Shown here piece by piece: positions 1 through 25,277 of a stretch of 32,897 nt of DNA (position 1 is the first letter of the stretch; each line of letters starts with the position of its first letter). Source of the stretch: Reclinomonas americana ATCC 50394. Its lineage: Eukaryota. The translations under genes and the position numbers were made by a program. The notes below the pieces were generated by a model. It made no database searches, was not told the DNA's origin, and worked only from the letters and a program-made list of their open reading frames with translations. The stretch covers positions 233,218 to 266,114 of the forward strand of contig PS015013.1 in NCBI GenBank assembly GCA_048213135.1, written 5' to 3'.

Positions 1-671
1 ATCCGCGTCCAGCGCGATTCGCTGCTGGTGGAGCGCGAGCGCCTGCTGGAGCAGCTGACCAAGTGGATTCAGTTTGCGAATGCCGACACGTGCACCGGCA
101 TTTTGTCGCACGCTGATTGGGTGAACGTGTTCAAGAGCGAGTCCGCGTCGCAGTGTCCGGGTGGACCGGCCAGTTCGAAAGTGGACGACGTAGCTCGGTG
201 CATCCAAGATGGCGAGTTCATCTCCGTCATGAAGCAAGTGGTGGACTTGGAGAATCAGGTCCGGGCGTTGCGGCAAAAGCTGAAGGAGCTGGATGCCGAG
301 TTGCACGAGTACGTGCTGAAGACTACACCTGTGAAGACGGTGCGTCGCGAGGCTGTGCGAGAGATCGTGTGTACTCTGAGCTTAATTCTCGCGGATTCTT
401 GCAGCACGCGGAGGACGCACGCCGTGACTACGTGTCCCTGTTGTCGCAGCGTGATCAGTGAGTTGCCTCGCGTTGTGCTTCTTCTGTTTGCGGCTGTGGT
501 TCTCACATGTGTTTGGTGTCTCTCTCCAGTCTCAAGGAGCTGCAGGATGCAGTCCGCAACTTTGAGAAGCTGCGATGCGAATTCCTGCTGGCCGTGGAAC
601 ACACTCGTACCGTCACCGGCACGCCTGCCCTCGAACCGTGCTCTGGCCCTGCTGCATCGTCGTCGGCATAA
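1..671 (+). CDS. 3' part of an uncharacterised coiled-coil protein (5'-truncated by the window, 3 exons visible)
   Basis: Open frame from base 1 (…VVDLENQVRALRQKLKELDAELHEY…). Introns GTGCGT…TTGCAG (about 340-404) and GTGAGT…CTCCAG (about 458-529) splice in frame to …HAEDARRDYVSLLSQRDHLKELQDAVRNFEKLRCEF…SSSA, with TAA at 669-671. Heptad-like content. Confidence 0.65.
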
Positions 672-751
672 CAAAATATCTCTGTATCTTTTTTCTTTAA
701 TGCACAAGTGCGAACAACAATCATTAGTTACAGTTTATCGCGACAGCGTGC

Positions 752-3435
752 TCATATTCTGGGTGGCGAGGTGGCCTCACGGAGCGGCACTCGAGCCTCC
801 TCCGGTGAGCTGAGCATGCGGGGTGTGGGTGGTGGCGACGGCGATCGCGGTGGCGTCTGCTGTGCTCGTCTCTGTCGCCGCTGTCGACGCGGCTTCTTGG
901 TGGGCGGCCGTCGTCGACATCTGCAGCATGCGAATGGCAGCCACACGTCACCGTCGTGGAAGAAGCACGTGTACACGAACAAGCCGAGGGCGCACACGGG
1001 CAGGAGTATGGTGGCCAGCATGAGTGGCGATATTCCACCACCACTGCCCCTGGTGGCGCCTGCATCACTGCCACTGCCACTGGAGGCCAGTACGGCACAC
1101 CACTGCACGACTACGGGGTACGAGGACTGCGCTTGGTATAGGAGACAAGTCAGTTGTCGTTCAGTCGCGGTGGCCTCGAAGCTCACGCAACAGTCACCAC
1201 GGAGGCGTAGCCGGGGTCGCACTCGCATGCCAACGTGGTGTTGGCTGCCGGGCGGGAGTGTGGCGCGGTGCAGTTTGCACGGATGCCGGTGGCGGCGGCT
1301 GCGGCCGAGTCGATGATCAAAGTGTCACTGTCGCTTCCGCTTCCGCTTGCTCCCCCCGTGTTGCCACTGGTCGTGTTGGAGGTGACTGCGCGTTGCACAC
1401 ACGAGTTCAGCGCCGCCTGTCGCACTTGGTCGCCGGTACACGACACTGTTGGTTCGCACTGGCCGCTCAGCGGGTTGTAGTAGTCACGCGCTCCATTGTA
1501 CTTGGCGACGCAGCCGACGGCAGTCGGTCGGCACGACGCCGTCGCGGAGTCGAATTGCTGGTCCACCGTGCACGCATCCTGGCAGTAGAGACGACCCTGA
1601 ACAGTGACTGCACGCCGAGGTGCGACGCAGGTGGTGCTGTTGGTGACCAGTGCCGACGCGGTCTCCTGAAACCAGCCCACAGTGGAGAAGTCGACGCGAC
1701 CCGTGGCTGCGACCACCCCGCGCTGTCTCACGGTGACTGCGCAGTATCCTGTGGCCTGCAGCACTTGCTGTGCGCGAGAAGAACGTGAGCAAGGAAAACT
1801 CTTTCATCCACACACAATCGCAACACACCTTCGCGGTGACGACAAACAAGAAGCGACGGGTGCTATTGGCTGCCACCGACTGCTCCACTGGTGGTGACAC
1901 GTCGAGCGGCTGCACGCACACAGAAGTTGGAATGGAATATGCACGTCAGAACACGCACAGAGCACGCACCGTGCAAGTGGAGTTGCGCTGCAGGCAGCAG
2001 TCAGAGACGGTCGTGGCAAATGCCGCGGCGGTGGTGCCAATGTTTCTGACATCGACCGCCACGAATGCATCTGTAGCACCGGCCACGAACGGTAGCAGGG
2101 AGGCAGCCGCGATGCTTGGTCGCCCGTCGACCTGACGCACACTGATCGACGAGGTGCTGAGCCGCAGAATCACGTCCACGCTCCCGGCAGCGCACTTTAC
2201 TGCGACTTGTCCATCCGAAGCACTGTGTCGAGTATCGTGTGAGTTCTTTTCTGTTGTTGTAGAGAGCGAACCCATCTCTGGCAGAACGCACGTGGTGCTG
2301 TCGGTGCAGCCTGTGAGTGCCGCCCCACTGGCCAATGTTGCAGCTCGAAACGGCGAAAACTGATCGTACAGTGAGGCATTCGGCAACTGGGTGGGATCCA
2401 CGCTGGGCGCACGACAAGAGAACGCTGCCGACCAGGCGGCATCGCTCACGCCGATCTGGTTCTTGGCCGTACCGATGCGCGACTTGGGCACAAGGAACGA
2501 CGACGAAACGTCCATGTCACGCACGAGCGTGTAATCAATGGCCACCTGTCGGAGGTCTTGTACTCGCTGCATGATGGCGTTGGCGGAGGCCTGTGTCGCG
2601 AGTTAGGCATTGCGATGTGGACAAACTGAGAGAGAGAGAGAGAGGCCAGGGGAGGGTCACACAACTGTTAGCACATTGCGCACCAAAGCCTCGCGGGTCG
2701 ACTCGGTGAGTGTGGTGGTATACGATTGCGCGGTGCCACTCTGCGACGCAGTCACTGCGATGGAGTAACGCAGTGTCGGCGCTGACAACTCGAACGCCAA
2801 GTACGTGGTGCTGTTCCGCGCGACATCGTACACGCTAATGTCGGTACCGTCGGAGTGGACACAGCACACCGACGCCGTCGGACACGTGAACGACGATAAG
2901 GCGACTCGCTGTCGGCGTCGAGTGTAGGCATTGCGCAGTGTGGTGGGTGGAGAACTCAGTCCGTACACTGTTGTTTGGACACGGTCAAGGATTTCGAAGA
3001 AAAGAGGATCGAGCTTCCTCACTCACCGACGCTCCAGTCTTGAAGCGCAACAGTGACAGCAAGCGGCTCTGTCAACGACCACATGGTGGCACCACCGGCG
3101 GCGTCCGGAATCAACTCGCCTGCGACACACACAGTTAGTCGCGCGCACAGAAACGAGTCGTGCTCCGTCGGCGCTCACTTGGATCCACGCTGAAGGAGAG
3201 AGTCGAGTCAGAGGCCGCATTTAACGTCGCCGCCACGATCAGCGTAGGAGAGCAACCCGTGCTGCGTGTTGAAGATCGATGATGATGAGCAGATGCGAAC
3301 GCGAACACAACACACGCGCAGTCAGTCGCCACACCTCCCGCTGGCACACGGCACGACTTGAAGCGATACGGCCTCGCCTAGTGTAGCCACACAGGCGAGA
3401 AGGATGATCAACGCTGCCGCAACTCGCAGGCGCAT
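752..3435 (-). CDS. HAP2: HAP2/GCS1-like class II fusexin (gamete fusogen family), divergent; about 9 exons; signal peptide, domains I-III, Cys-rich stalk, TM, basic tail
   Basis: ATG at 3435 gives signal peptide MRLRVAAALIILLACVATLGEA. Spliced segments follow the HAP2 order: CSPTLIVAATL; LTEPLAVTVALQDWSVVYGL; YLAFELSAPTLRYSIAVT; FLVPKSRIGTAKNQIGVSDAAW…CRAP (cf. HAP2 V.K…CNKIGVSY.AF…C..P); and Ig-like domain III SVDVILRLSTSSI…GRPSI…FVA…VAVDVRNIGTTAAAFATTVSDC…QSVAANSTRRFLFVV…CAVTVRQRG…VDFST. TM LMLATILLPVCALGLFVYTCFF; TGA at 752-754. Confidence 0.8.
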
Positions 3436-3655
3436 CGCAGTTTTGGCGAGAACGGGTGAAAATGGCGGCAGGACGCGAGCACCATCCACTACTGTGCGTG
3501 AGTAGAGAGAGAGTGCGTCAGTCGCTCTGTGCGTGGTAGCTGTGCGTGTGTGTGTGTGAGAGAGAGAGAGGGTTGGTTGCTATCCTCTGTTGATTGGGGA
3601 GAGCGTGTGCATTTGTGTGTGTGTGTGCGTGAGTTTGCGTGTGTGACTTGCCACC
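3436..3655. promoter_or_regulatory. Short head-to-head intergenic region (probable bidirectional promoter) with GA/GT dinucleotide runs
   Basis: 220 bp between divergent ATGs at 3435 (-) and 3656 (+). The role is inferred from geometry only. Confidence 0.4.
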
Positions 3656-6126
3656 ATGGGCCAGTGCTGCGGTGCACGCGAACGACCGCGTGCGTCGTCG
3701 CACTCGGAGCCAGTGCAGCTGCCTCCGCGGTTTCCCTCAATGACTGATTTCGCGGCGGTGCCTGAGATACCCGGTGACGGCAATCGCCAGTCTCGCGGAT
3801 CGCGACCCGCCGCCAAGCCCGGCTCCGTGCCGCCACCCTCCGTGCCCGATTCGTTGCTCCGTCGGCGATCGTCGGGAACTGCAGCGTCGGATGCCGCCGA
3901 TCCAGAAATCACTGGCGACGGAGATGGGAGCACGTCGCAGCTCGACTCGGAGCACGCGTCGCAAAGCAGCCACCCATCGGCAGTGTCGCAGCGTATCCTC
4001 GGCGTCCCGCTTCCCGAGTCGCTCATCTGCGACTACTCTGTTCATCAGTTTTGTATCTTTTCCACCGTATGCATGCATTGCTGGTGGTGGCTCATTGCTC
4101 CCGCGCGCGCGCGCGCGCACAGTTCCATGTTTGCGGTCCCGCGATTCCCGTTGGCCATCCTTCGCGAACTCCACGAGCGCAGTTGCGTGCGCAGTGTTCT
4201 CGTCGTCGAGGGAGCAGCAAGATGCTCACACACTTGCCACGCATTAGTGTTTGCCGATCCTCGCATGCCGTGGGTGCCGCCTGCGGGGCGTTCCGTCGAG
4301 CTGTCGGAGCTGCGCTCGTTGGTGAACTCGCTGCCGAACAGCGGCGACCGGTGTCTCTGGGGTCCCTTTATGGCAGCCTGCAACGACCAAATGTTGATCG
4401 ACTTGCTCATTATCTGGCTGGTATGACTCTCCTCGTTGTTTATTTGTTGCATGCACTCACTCACTCACTCGCTTGTGTACGCACTGTGCACCAGAACGAG
4501 TTGCCGACGCCTTTGTTTGGCTCGTTGGAGCGGCTAGCCTGGGACCCGAACGGAGTTGAGCCGCCGTCTGATGCGGCTCTGGCACTATTCTTGCGAGAAC
4601 AGCTGACGCCGCCGGCGCTGAGTATGCTGTGCCATCTTGCGCGTTGCGTGGCGTGTGTGTGTCCTCTCCCCGCAGACCGCGTCTTGCTTGTCTCTCATCT
4701 CGTGGCGCAGATATCACATCGCTCGCCGCCCACTCGCGATTGCGCAGCCACCCTTCGCATCAGGCGGCCAGCGTCGCCGTCGCCGAGTGGTTTGTCGCCG
4801 TCACGCACACCGTCGCCTGCTTAACAGTCCCCCTCACCCTCTTCTCTGTGTGTGTGCGCGCGCGCGTCTTGTGCGCNNNNNNNNNNNNNNNNNNNNNNNN
4901 NNNNNNNNNNNNNNNNNNNNNNNNNNNNNNNNNNNNNNNNNNNNNNNNNNNNNNNNNNNNNNNNNNNNNNNNNNNNNNNNNNNNNNNNNNNNNNNNNNNN
5001 NNNNNNNNNNNNNNNNNNNNNNNNNNNNNNNNNNNNNNNNNNNNNNNNNNNNNNNNNNNNNNNNNNNNNNNNNNNNNNNNNNNNNNNNNNNNNNNNNNNN
5101 NNNNNNNNNNNNNNNNNNNNNNNNNNNNNNNNNNNNNNNNNNNNNNNNNNNNNNNNNNNNNNNNNNNNNNNNNNNNNNNNNNNNNNNNNNNNNNNNNNNN
5201 NNNNNNNNNNNNNNNNNNNNNNNNNNNNNNNNNNNNNNNNNNNNNNNNNNNNNNNNNNNNNNNNNNNNNNNNNNNNNNNNNNNNNNNNNNNNNNNNNNNN
5301 NNNNNNNNNNNNNNNNNNNNNNNNNNNNNNNNNNNNNNNNNNNNNNNNNNNNNNNNNNNNNNNNNNNNNNNNNNNNNNNNNNNNNNNNNNNNNNNNNNNN
5401 NNNNNNNNNNNNNNNNNNNNNNNNNNNNNNNNNNNNNNNNNNNNNNNNNNNNNNNNNNNNNNNNNNNNNNNNNNNNNNNNNNNNNNNNNNNNNNNNNNNN
5501 NNNNNNNNNNNNNNNNNNNNNNNNNNNNNNNNNNNNNNNNNNNNNNNNNNNNNNNNNNNNNNNNNNNNNNNNNNNNNNNNNNNNNNNNNNNNNNNNNNNN
5601 NNNNNNNNNNNNNNNNNNNNNNNNNNNNNNNNNNNNNNNNNNNNNNNNNNNNNNNNNNNNNNNNNNNNNNNNNNNNNNNNNNNNNNNNNNNNNNNNNNNN
5701 NNNNNNNNNNNNNNNNNNNNNNNNAGCATTGGAGTGTCGCTCTTCCGGGCGCCGACAACGGTGATCTCGTTGCACAGCGCAGCCACCCGCTGCACCATGT
5801 CGCTGCTTCTCAATGTCGAGCGATTGATGCCGACTGCGTACACGAGTGTTCTTCATCGCATGCCGCCCCTGCCTGGCTTCCATAGCCACGAGGGCGAAAT
5901 TGCACACAGCGGCCAAGGTCTGTTCATCCTCCTCCGCGCGTCGCACGCACAAACTGCAGTCTGACACGAGCACACAGAGGACGCCGTACTCGCCGCCAGC
6001 CGGTCGTCTGCCTCGTCACCCGCCTCCTCGGCTGCGTCGCCAGTGCACCACCATGTGGCACTCGAAGATGTCGAAGTAAGCTTCTCTAACCCACTGCAGT
6101 CCATGGTACCTCCGTCATTCTCTTGA
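3656..6126 (+). CDS. RhoGAP-domain-like protein with N-terminal MGxCC acylation motif (multi-exon, spans an N gap)
   Basis: ccaccATGG start giving MGQCCG. RhoGAP-like motifs in order: ILGVPLPE (cf. FGVPL), VPRFPLAILRELHE, LLIIWL|NELPTPLF (cf. LLK.FLRELPEPL), QLTPPALSMLCHL. After the gap come SIGVSLFRAP and MSLLLNVERLM (cf. FGPTLLRP…LI.N…IF). Last exon EDAVLAASR…PPSFS with TGA at 6124-6126. Confidence 0.6.
4877..5724. other. Assembly gap (N run). Other gaps: 6292-6311, 11794-11813, 12521-13218, 25734-25810, 26445-26464, 30177-30196, 31777-32602.
   Basis: Runs of N. Confidence 1.
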
Positions 6127-6231
6127 GTGAGTGTGACAGTGATGACACCACAGACATTAGTAGTGCTGCATTTTTCTCAATGCTCGTCTTTAAGTGAACA
6201 AGCTCATTCATGCATCGTCGACTGGCACATG

Positions 6232-9200
6232 TCACTTCTTGCCCTTCTTGCCGCCCTTGCCCTTCTTACCACCCTTCTTCCCCTTCTTGCCNNNNNNNNN
6301 NNNNNNNNNNNGCCACCGTCCTCGTCGACCTCAATCTTCGGCAGCTTCGGGTAGGTTGGCACGAGATCGTTGAACGCCTGCGCAATGCCGATAAGAGCAA
6401 GTGAGTGCTCTCATCTATAGCACACGCACACGCACACAGAGGACGTGGTGTTTACGGACCTTGAATGCCTCGGCATTGTGCTGATACATGTAGTGCTTGT
6501 TCATGCGCGCCAGCTCCAGCAGGAACTCTTCGTCGTGCAGCGGAATGTCTTCCATCTGTCGAGACAGGTCAGCGACGATTACAGTGTGTGCTGTGGTGCG
6601 AGTGAAGGGCACCCGCACGCAACTCGAGCCAAGCGCTTGGTGGTGAGAACTCGGCGAATCGCCCGTACCACCTGTCATGACAGAGAAAGAGTGTGAGCTC
6701 CTCTGGCTCATGAAAATGTATCGAGTCATATCTGCACGGACGCAACTCCGCCACTGCTGAACCCGTGCGTAATGTATGCAAACACTTGCGGATGCAACGC
6801 GTGCGGCATGGGCACGCCGCACTTGACAGCCGTCTCGCGCCACAGCTTCTGCCGCGTCTGATATTGCGGCAGCCCGAGATACAGATGTGTGCCGAAGCTG
6901 TCCACCAGCGGTTTCTCGTTCCGTGCACGATGACCAGGGTAGGAAGTCAGCACGTAATCAACAAGTGCGCACGAGGGGATTACGATGCAGCAACATATCT
7001 TCCACTTGCGAGGTGTTGCCAATGACCATCACTCGCGGAATGCGCTTGACCTCCGTGAGATGGTGATCCTCTCCCGACAGGGACGACATGGACACCTTGT
7101 CGCGAGACTGTCAGCTCATCCTTGCCTTTGGTAGGTGGAGACACACATACACACCTCCTTGCCGAGTGCGTCCCACAAGAACTTCTTGATGCGACTCGCT
7201 GGCAACGACGGCACATCCGACGGCACACCGTCTGCGCCCACCAGCGACTCTGTGGGCTCTGGGGCCGCAGACTTGCCCTTCTTTCCCTTCTTGCCTTTCT
7301 TCTTGCCCTGCGAAGAATAGAACGCGTGTCATGCATGGGCGAGGTGGCGGGTGAGGGACAGGATGGCGTGGCGCGCAACTCCTGCATCCACAACGACCTG
7401 ATGCACTTGATCAATGTACACCACAGCCGGTACGTCGAGATGTGCGGCCAGCTGCGCATCTGTGAGTTTCTCTCTCTTTCTCACGGAAAAGCTCTTCTCC
7501 ATCCACACACACCTTGAAGACGGCGTCGGTCATGTACTTGGTGGCGGCCTCCGAGTCGGCCAGCTTGCCGTAAATGTTGGACGGACTAAAGTCGAAGAAC
7601 AAGGCATTGGTGTCGTTGGCGGCCGCGTATGAGAGCATCGTCTTCCCGCTGCCACTGGGACCGTACAGCAGCACGCTCTTGGCTGCCGGGGCATACAGCA
7701 TGTCGCAACCGAGCGGATACACCACCTTCTCCACAAACAGCTGTCGCACCTGAGCCAAACTCGGCTCAGGTAGCGGCTTTTGCGGTGGCGGCGCTTCACC
7801 CTCGGCCAGACGCTGCGGCTTCAGAGCCTCGTCGACTGCCACCTTCTCGGCCAGACCGGCCAAGTTGTTGAAGTCGCAGATAAAGTCACTGACACTCACA
7901 GAGGGGATCTGCGCACACAATGCATTCACACTGATCAGCTTGTGCGGCGCGAGTACAGCATTGAACGGCAGTGCCACCGACGCACTCGACGAAGGAGTCC
8001 GAGTGAGAACATTTCCGTGAGAAGCTTGCGATCCTCGTCGTCTTGTTCGCGCATGGTCTTTAGCACTGTGCGAGAATCAGAGTGAGTATCTCGCAAGACT
8101 TCAGTCATCGGCGTCGAACAAGCTCTCACCAACAGGAGCCTCCTCCTTGACCTTCTTGCCCTTGGCGCCCTTCTTGCCCTTCTTCCTGCACACGTGGCGA
8201 GAGCGCATGTCAACACCGATGTAATGATATGTGTGGAAGCAGCAGCACATGTTACGCACCCTTTGGCACCCTTGCCTTTCTTTCTGCACCACAGAAGAGA
8301 TCACACGCACACACGTACATGAGTGACATCACATGGCATCAAGCCTTCCGCACACTTGAGTACACCAGTACCACACCCTTTCTTTCCGCTGGCGCCCGGA
8401 TCGCCCACCAGTTGAGCCTTGAGGTTCTCCATCTCCATTTTCAGCAGCAGATCAAGATCGGCGTTGGCCTACACGCTCGCCCTCCGTCAGTTCTCACTTC
8501 ATGCCGGTGACAAGTTAGGTGTGCACCCACTCACCTCGGCCTGCACTTCCTCCTTGGCCCTCTGTCGCACAATGTCCAGCCGGTACTTGTGTTCGTGCTC
8601 CGCCATGTCCGACTCGGCAGCCTGCCACTTGCTAATGTACTGCTGCAGGCTGTCGCTGATGACTCCAGTGACAGCTGGGTTCAACACTTTCTCCTCCGGT
8701 GGCCCCTGCACTGCGAGTCAGACGCGCACCGCTGGCACCTGGCGATCACGAAAACGCACCTCATCGTCGCCGCCCTTGTCCTTCTTGCCCTTGCCTTTCT
8801 TGCCCTTCTTGCCCTTTTTGCCCTTCTCGCCCTTGCCTTTCTTGCCCTTTTTCCCCTTGCCACCCTTCTTGCCCTTCTTGCCTCCCTCTTCCTCGTCGTC
8901 TGCGCGGCGACGAGAGATGATGGCACGTGTTGGCGAGTGATGATGAGAATGCACGACAAGAGCAACAAACAGTCGACATACCTGGGTCGCCCTTCTGGTA
9001 CTTTTCCGGATGCTCCAGCCGATCCAGCACGTACATGTATGTGCTGTTGGGTACGTCGCTCGGCGCGACAGGAGCGCCTTCGGCGGGAGGTGGCGGCCCT
9101 TCAAACTCGAGAAACGTACACACACGCCAGTCAAGGACAACCACCAGCGAACATGAGATTGACAAAGAGAGGAGGAAAAAGCACACAAAAGGATATTCTC

Positions 9201-10588
9201 CAGTCGCACGCCAGTTGCTGATGATCTTTTCGACGAATTCCCGCGACCTCTCCTCCGTGTACTCCGACTTCATCTGCTCACGCACTCTGCAGCACGTACG
9301 GGAGCAGTCAGCGTGAAATCATACGTACTCGCACAACATCAAGTCGGGTGCACACAACTCTCGTTTGATCTGCGTGATGGTCATCTGCAGCTCCTTCTCG
9401 TACTGTTGCTGGAGATTCTTCTTGCGTGCGCTCACGTCATTGACATGCGTACGCAGGGCTGTCAGCTTGTCGCGAGGTGGAACAAGACCCAAGAACACCA
9501 GGTCGTCCTGCTGGAACTGGCGAGCGGCCTTGCGAGCTCGGTGCATGCGCCATCTGCCGCACAGCGAGTACGGTGAGAACGAGCTGGGAGCGCCTCGCTC
9601 CTGCCTACCGCACACATGACGCACACTGACTGAATCTTGGTGGCCGCTGCATCAATGTCGACATCGAAACGACCGGCAGTGAATGAGTGATGACTCTGCC
9701 CGGCATCCTCCTCGGTGATGCGTCGAATGATGCGCGCACGCTGACGACCCTGGCGTCCACGCTCGTTCCGTTGCAAAATGAGCACCGCCTCCTGCACAGA
9801 AATCGCGCGCTCGGTGTACACGTCGCGCAGCTGGAACCCGTCCGTCGGCATCGCCTGCGTCAGTGGACCCGAATACTGTGCAGCCACGGCATCGAGCCAC
9901 GCGCGCTTTTCAGAGTACACATTGCGCCCCTCACGGAAGTACCGCGGAACGGGCAGGTGCAGCGCGATGGGATCGACTTGCAAGTCCACCAGATGATCGT
10001 CGAAATTGATGTAGGCGCCCTTATGCTCCACCAGACTCTGCGCCCCGAGCAAAACCTCATCAGTCACACCGCTGCGCTCCCCCCAACCTTTCAGTAACAC
10101 ACGCACGTCTTTGAGTTCCACTGTGCGATACATCACCGCCTCGAGCAGGCGCCGCACAAAGGCGCGCTTCTGCGGTTGCATGATCTGTGCGAGGCCGAGA
10201 CATCAGTATTGTGGCAGTTCTCTCTCCCTCTCTCCCTCTCTCCCTTACACACACCTCATCATGGGCGCGCTCCAGTCGTCGCAAGAGGCCAATGTAGACC
10301 AAGTACTGACGCTCGCGCAGTGGCAGCTGCACCTTGGGATCGGGATTCTGCCCCACAGAACCCATGATCAGCCACCACGCACACTCTCCCTCTCTCTCCC
10401 TCCCTCTCTCCGCCACACACCGCATACAGTGCCGCGACCTCGGGCACCGCCGGCTGACTGCCCAACTCCCAGATGGCCCGACGAAGTTCTTCCTCCGCAG
10501 ATCTGTGCGTGTCAGTTGAGTTCCACGCACACACACACACACTACACCATCTGCGTGCGCAGGCAGGCCAACGCAACGCGCTCGACAT
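6232..10588 (-). CDS. IQCA1: Dynein regulatory complex subunit 11 / IQ and AAA domain-containing protein (IQCA1/DRC11), multi-exon
   Basis: N-terminal signature YIGLLRRLERAHDE|IMQPQKRAFVRRLLEAVMYRTVELK…FDDHLVDLQVDP.ALHLPVPRYF. IQ-like motifs AVLILQRNERGRQGRQRA and AATKIQ, KKGK-rich linkers, and AAA Walker A SVLLYGPSGSGKTML…ALFFDFSPSNIYGK. Ends …GKKGKK with TGA at 6232-6234. Start ATG at 10588 is inferred. Confidence 0.9.
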
Positions 10589-10709
10589 GAGGACAACACT
10601 CACTCGTGTGTCAACGGCCCGACACCCCGTCCATCACCGAATGTCATCGTGGCCCATCGATATCATAACAAATCGAGATTTTTCTTTATTACAAGCGGAA
10701 ATTTGTGTG

Positions 10710-25104
<14,395 letters not shown>

Positions 25105-25277
25105 CGGGGTGTGTGAGTTTGCGAGACTTTTGCGTGGACAGATGCAATGTGGACAGCTCGAGCACTGTCCGGGTTCGGTTTTTCTTCGTTTTTGGGGTAT
25201 TGTGCGATAGATTTTTTTTGGTATTTTGCTCGAGCCGTGTGTGTGTGCGAGTGCATGCGGTAACAGCCACAGGAAAA
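25105..25277. promoter_or_regulatory. Short divergent intergenic region (probable bidirectional promoter)
   Basis: 173 bp with T-rich tracts between ATG 25104 (-) and ATG 25278 (+). Confidence 0.35.

Noticed and set aside
752-3435. Viral or mobile-element origin of the class II fusion protein
   Set aside because: The gene is intron-rich and flanked by ordinary host genes, with no integrase, terminal repeats or other viral genes visible.
4629-5973. Long ORFs (330-510 aa) here and at 11720-13525 and 31377-32862
   Set aside because: Their length comes from N runs translated as X.
5725-6104. Separate minus-strand gene suggested by the ORF track
   Set aside because: The plus strand gives a spliceable RhoGAP C-terminus with a proper stop, and the minus ORFs lack motifs.
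8419-9221. Hydrophobic plus-strand ORFs (FLPFLPFLP…, LALLALLA…) resembling TM proteins
   Set aside because: These are antisense translations of the DRC11 KKGK repeats.
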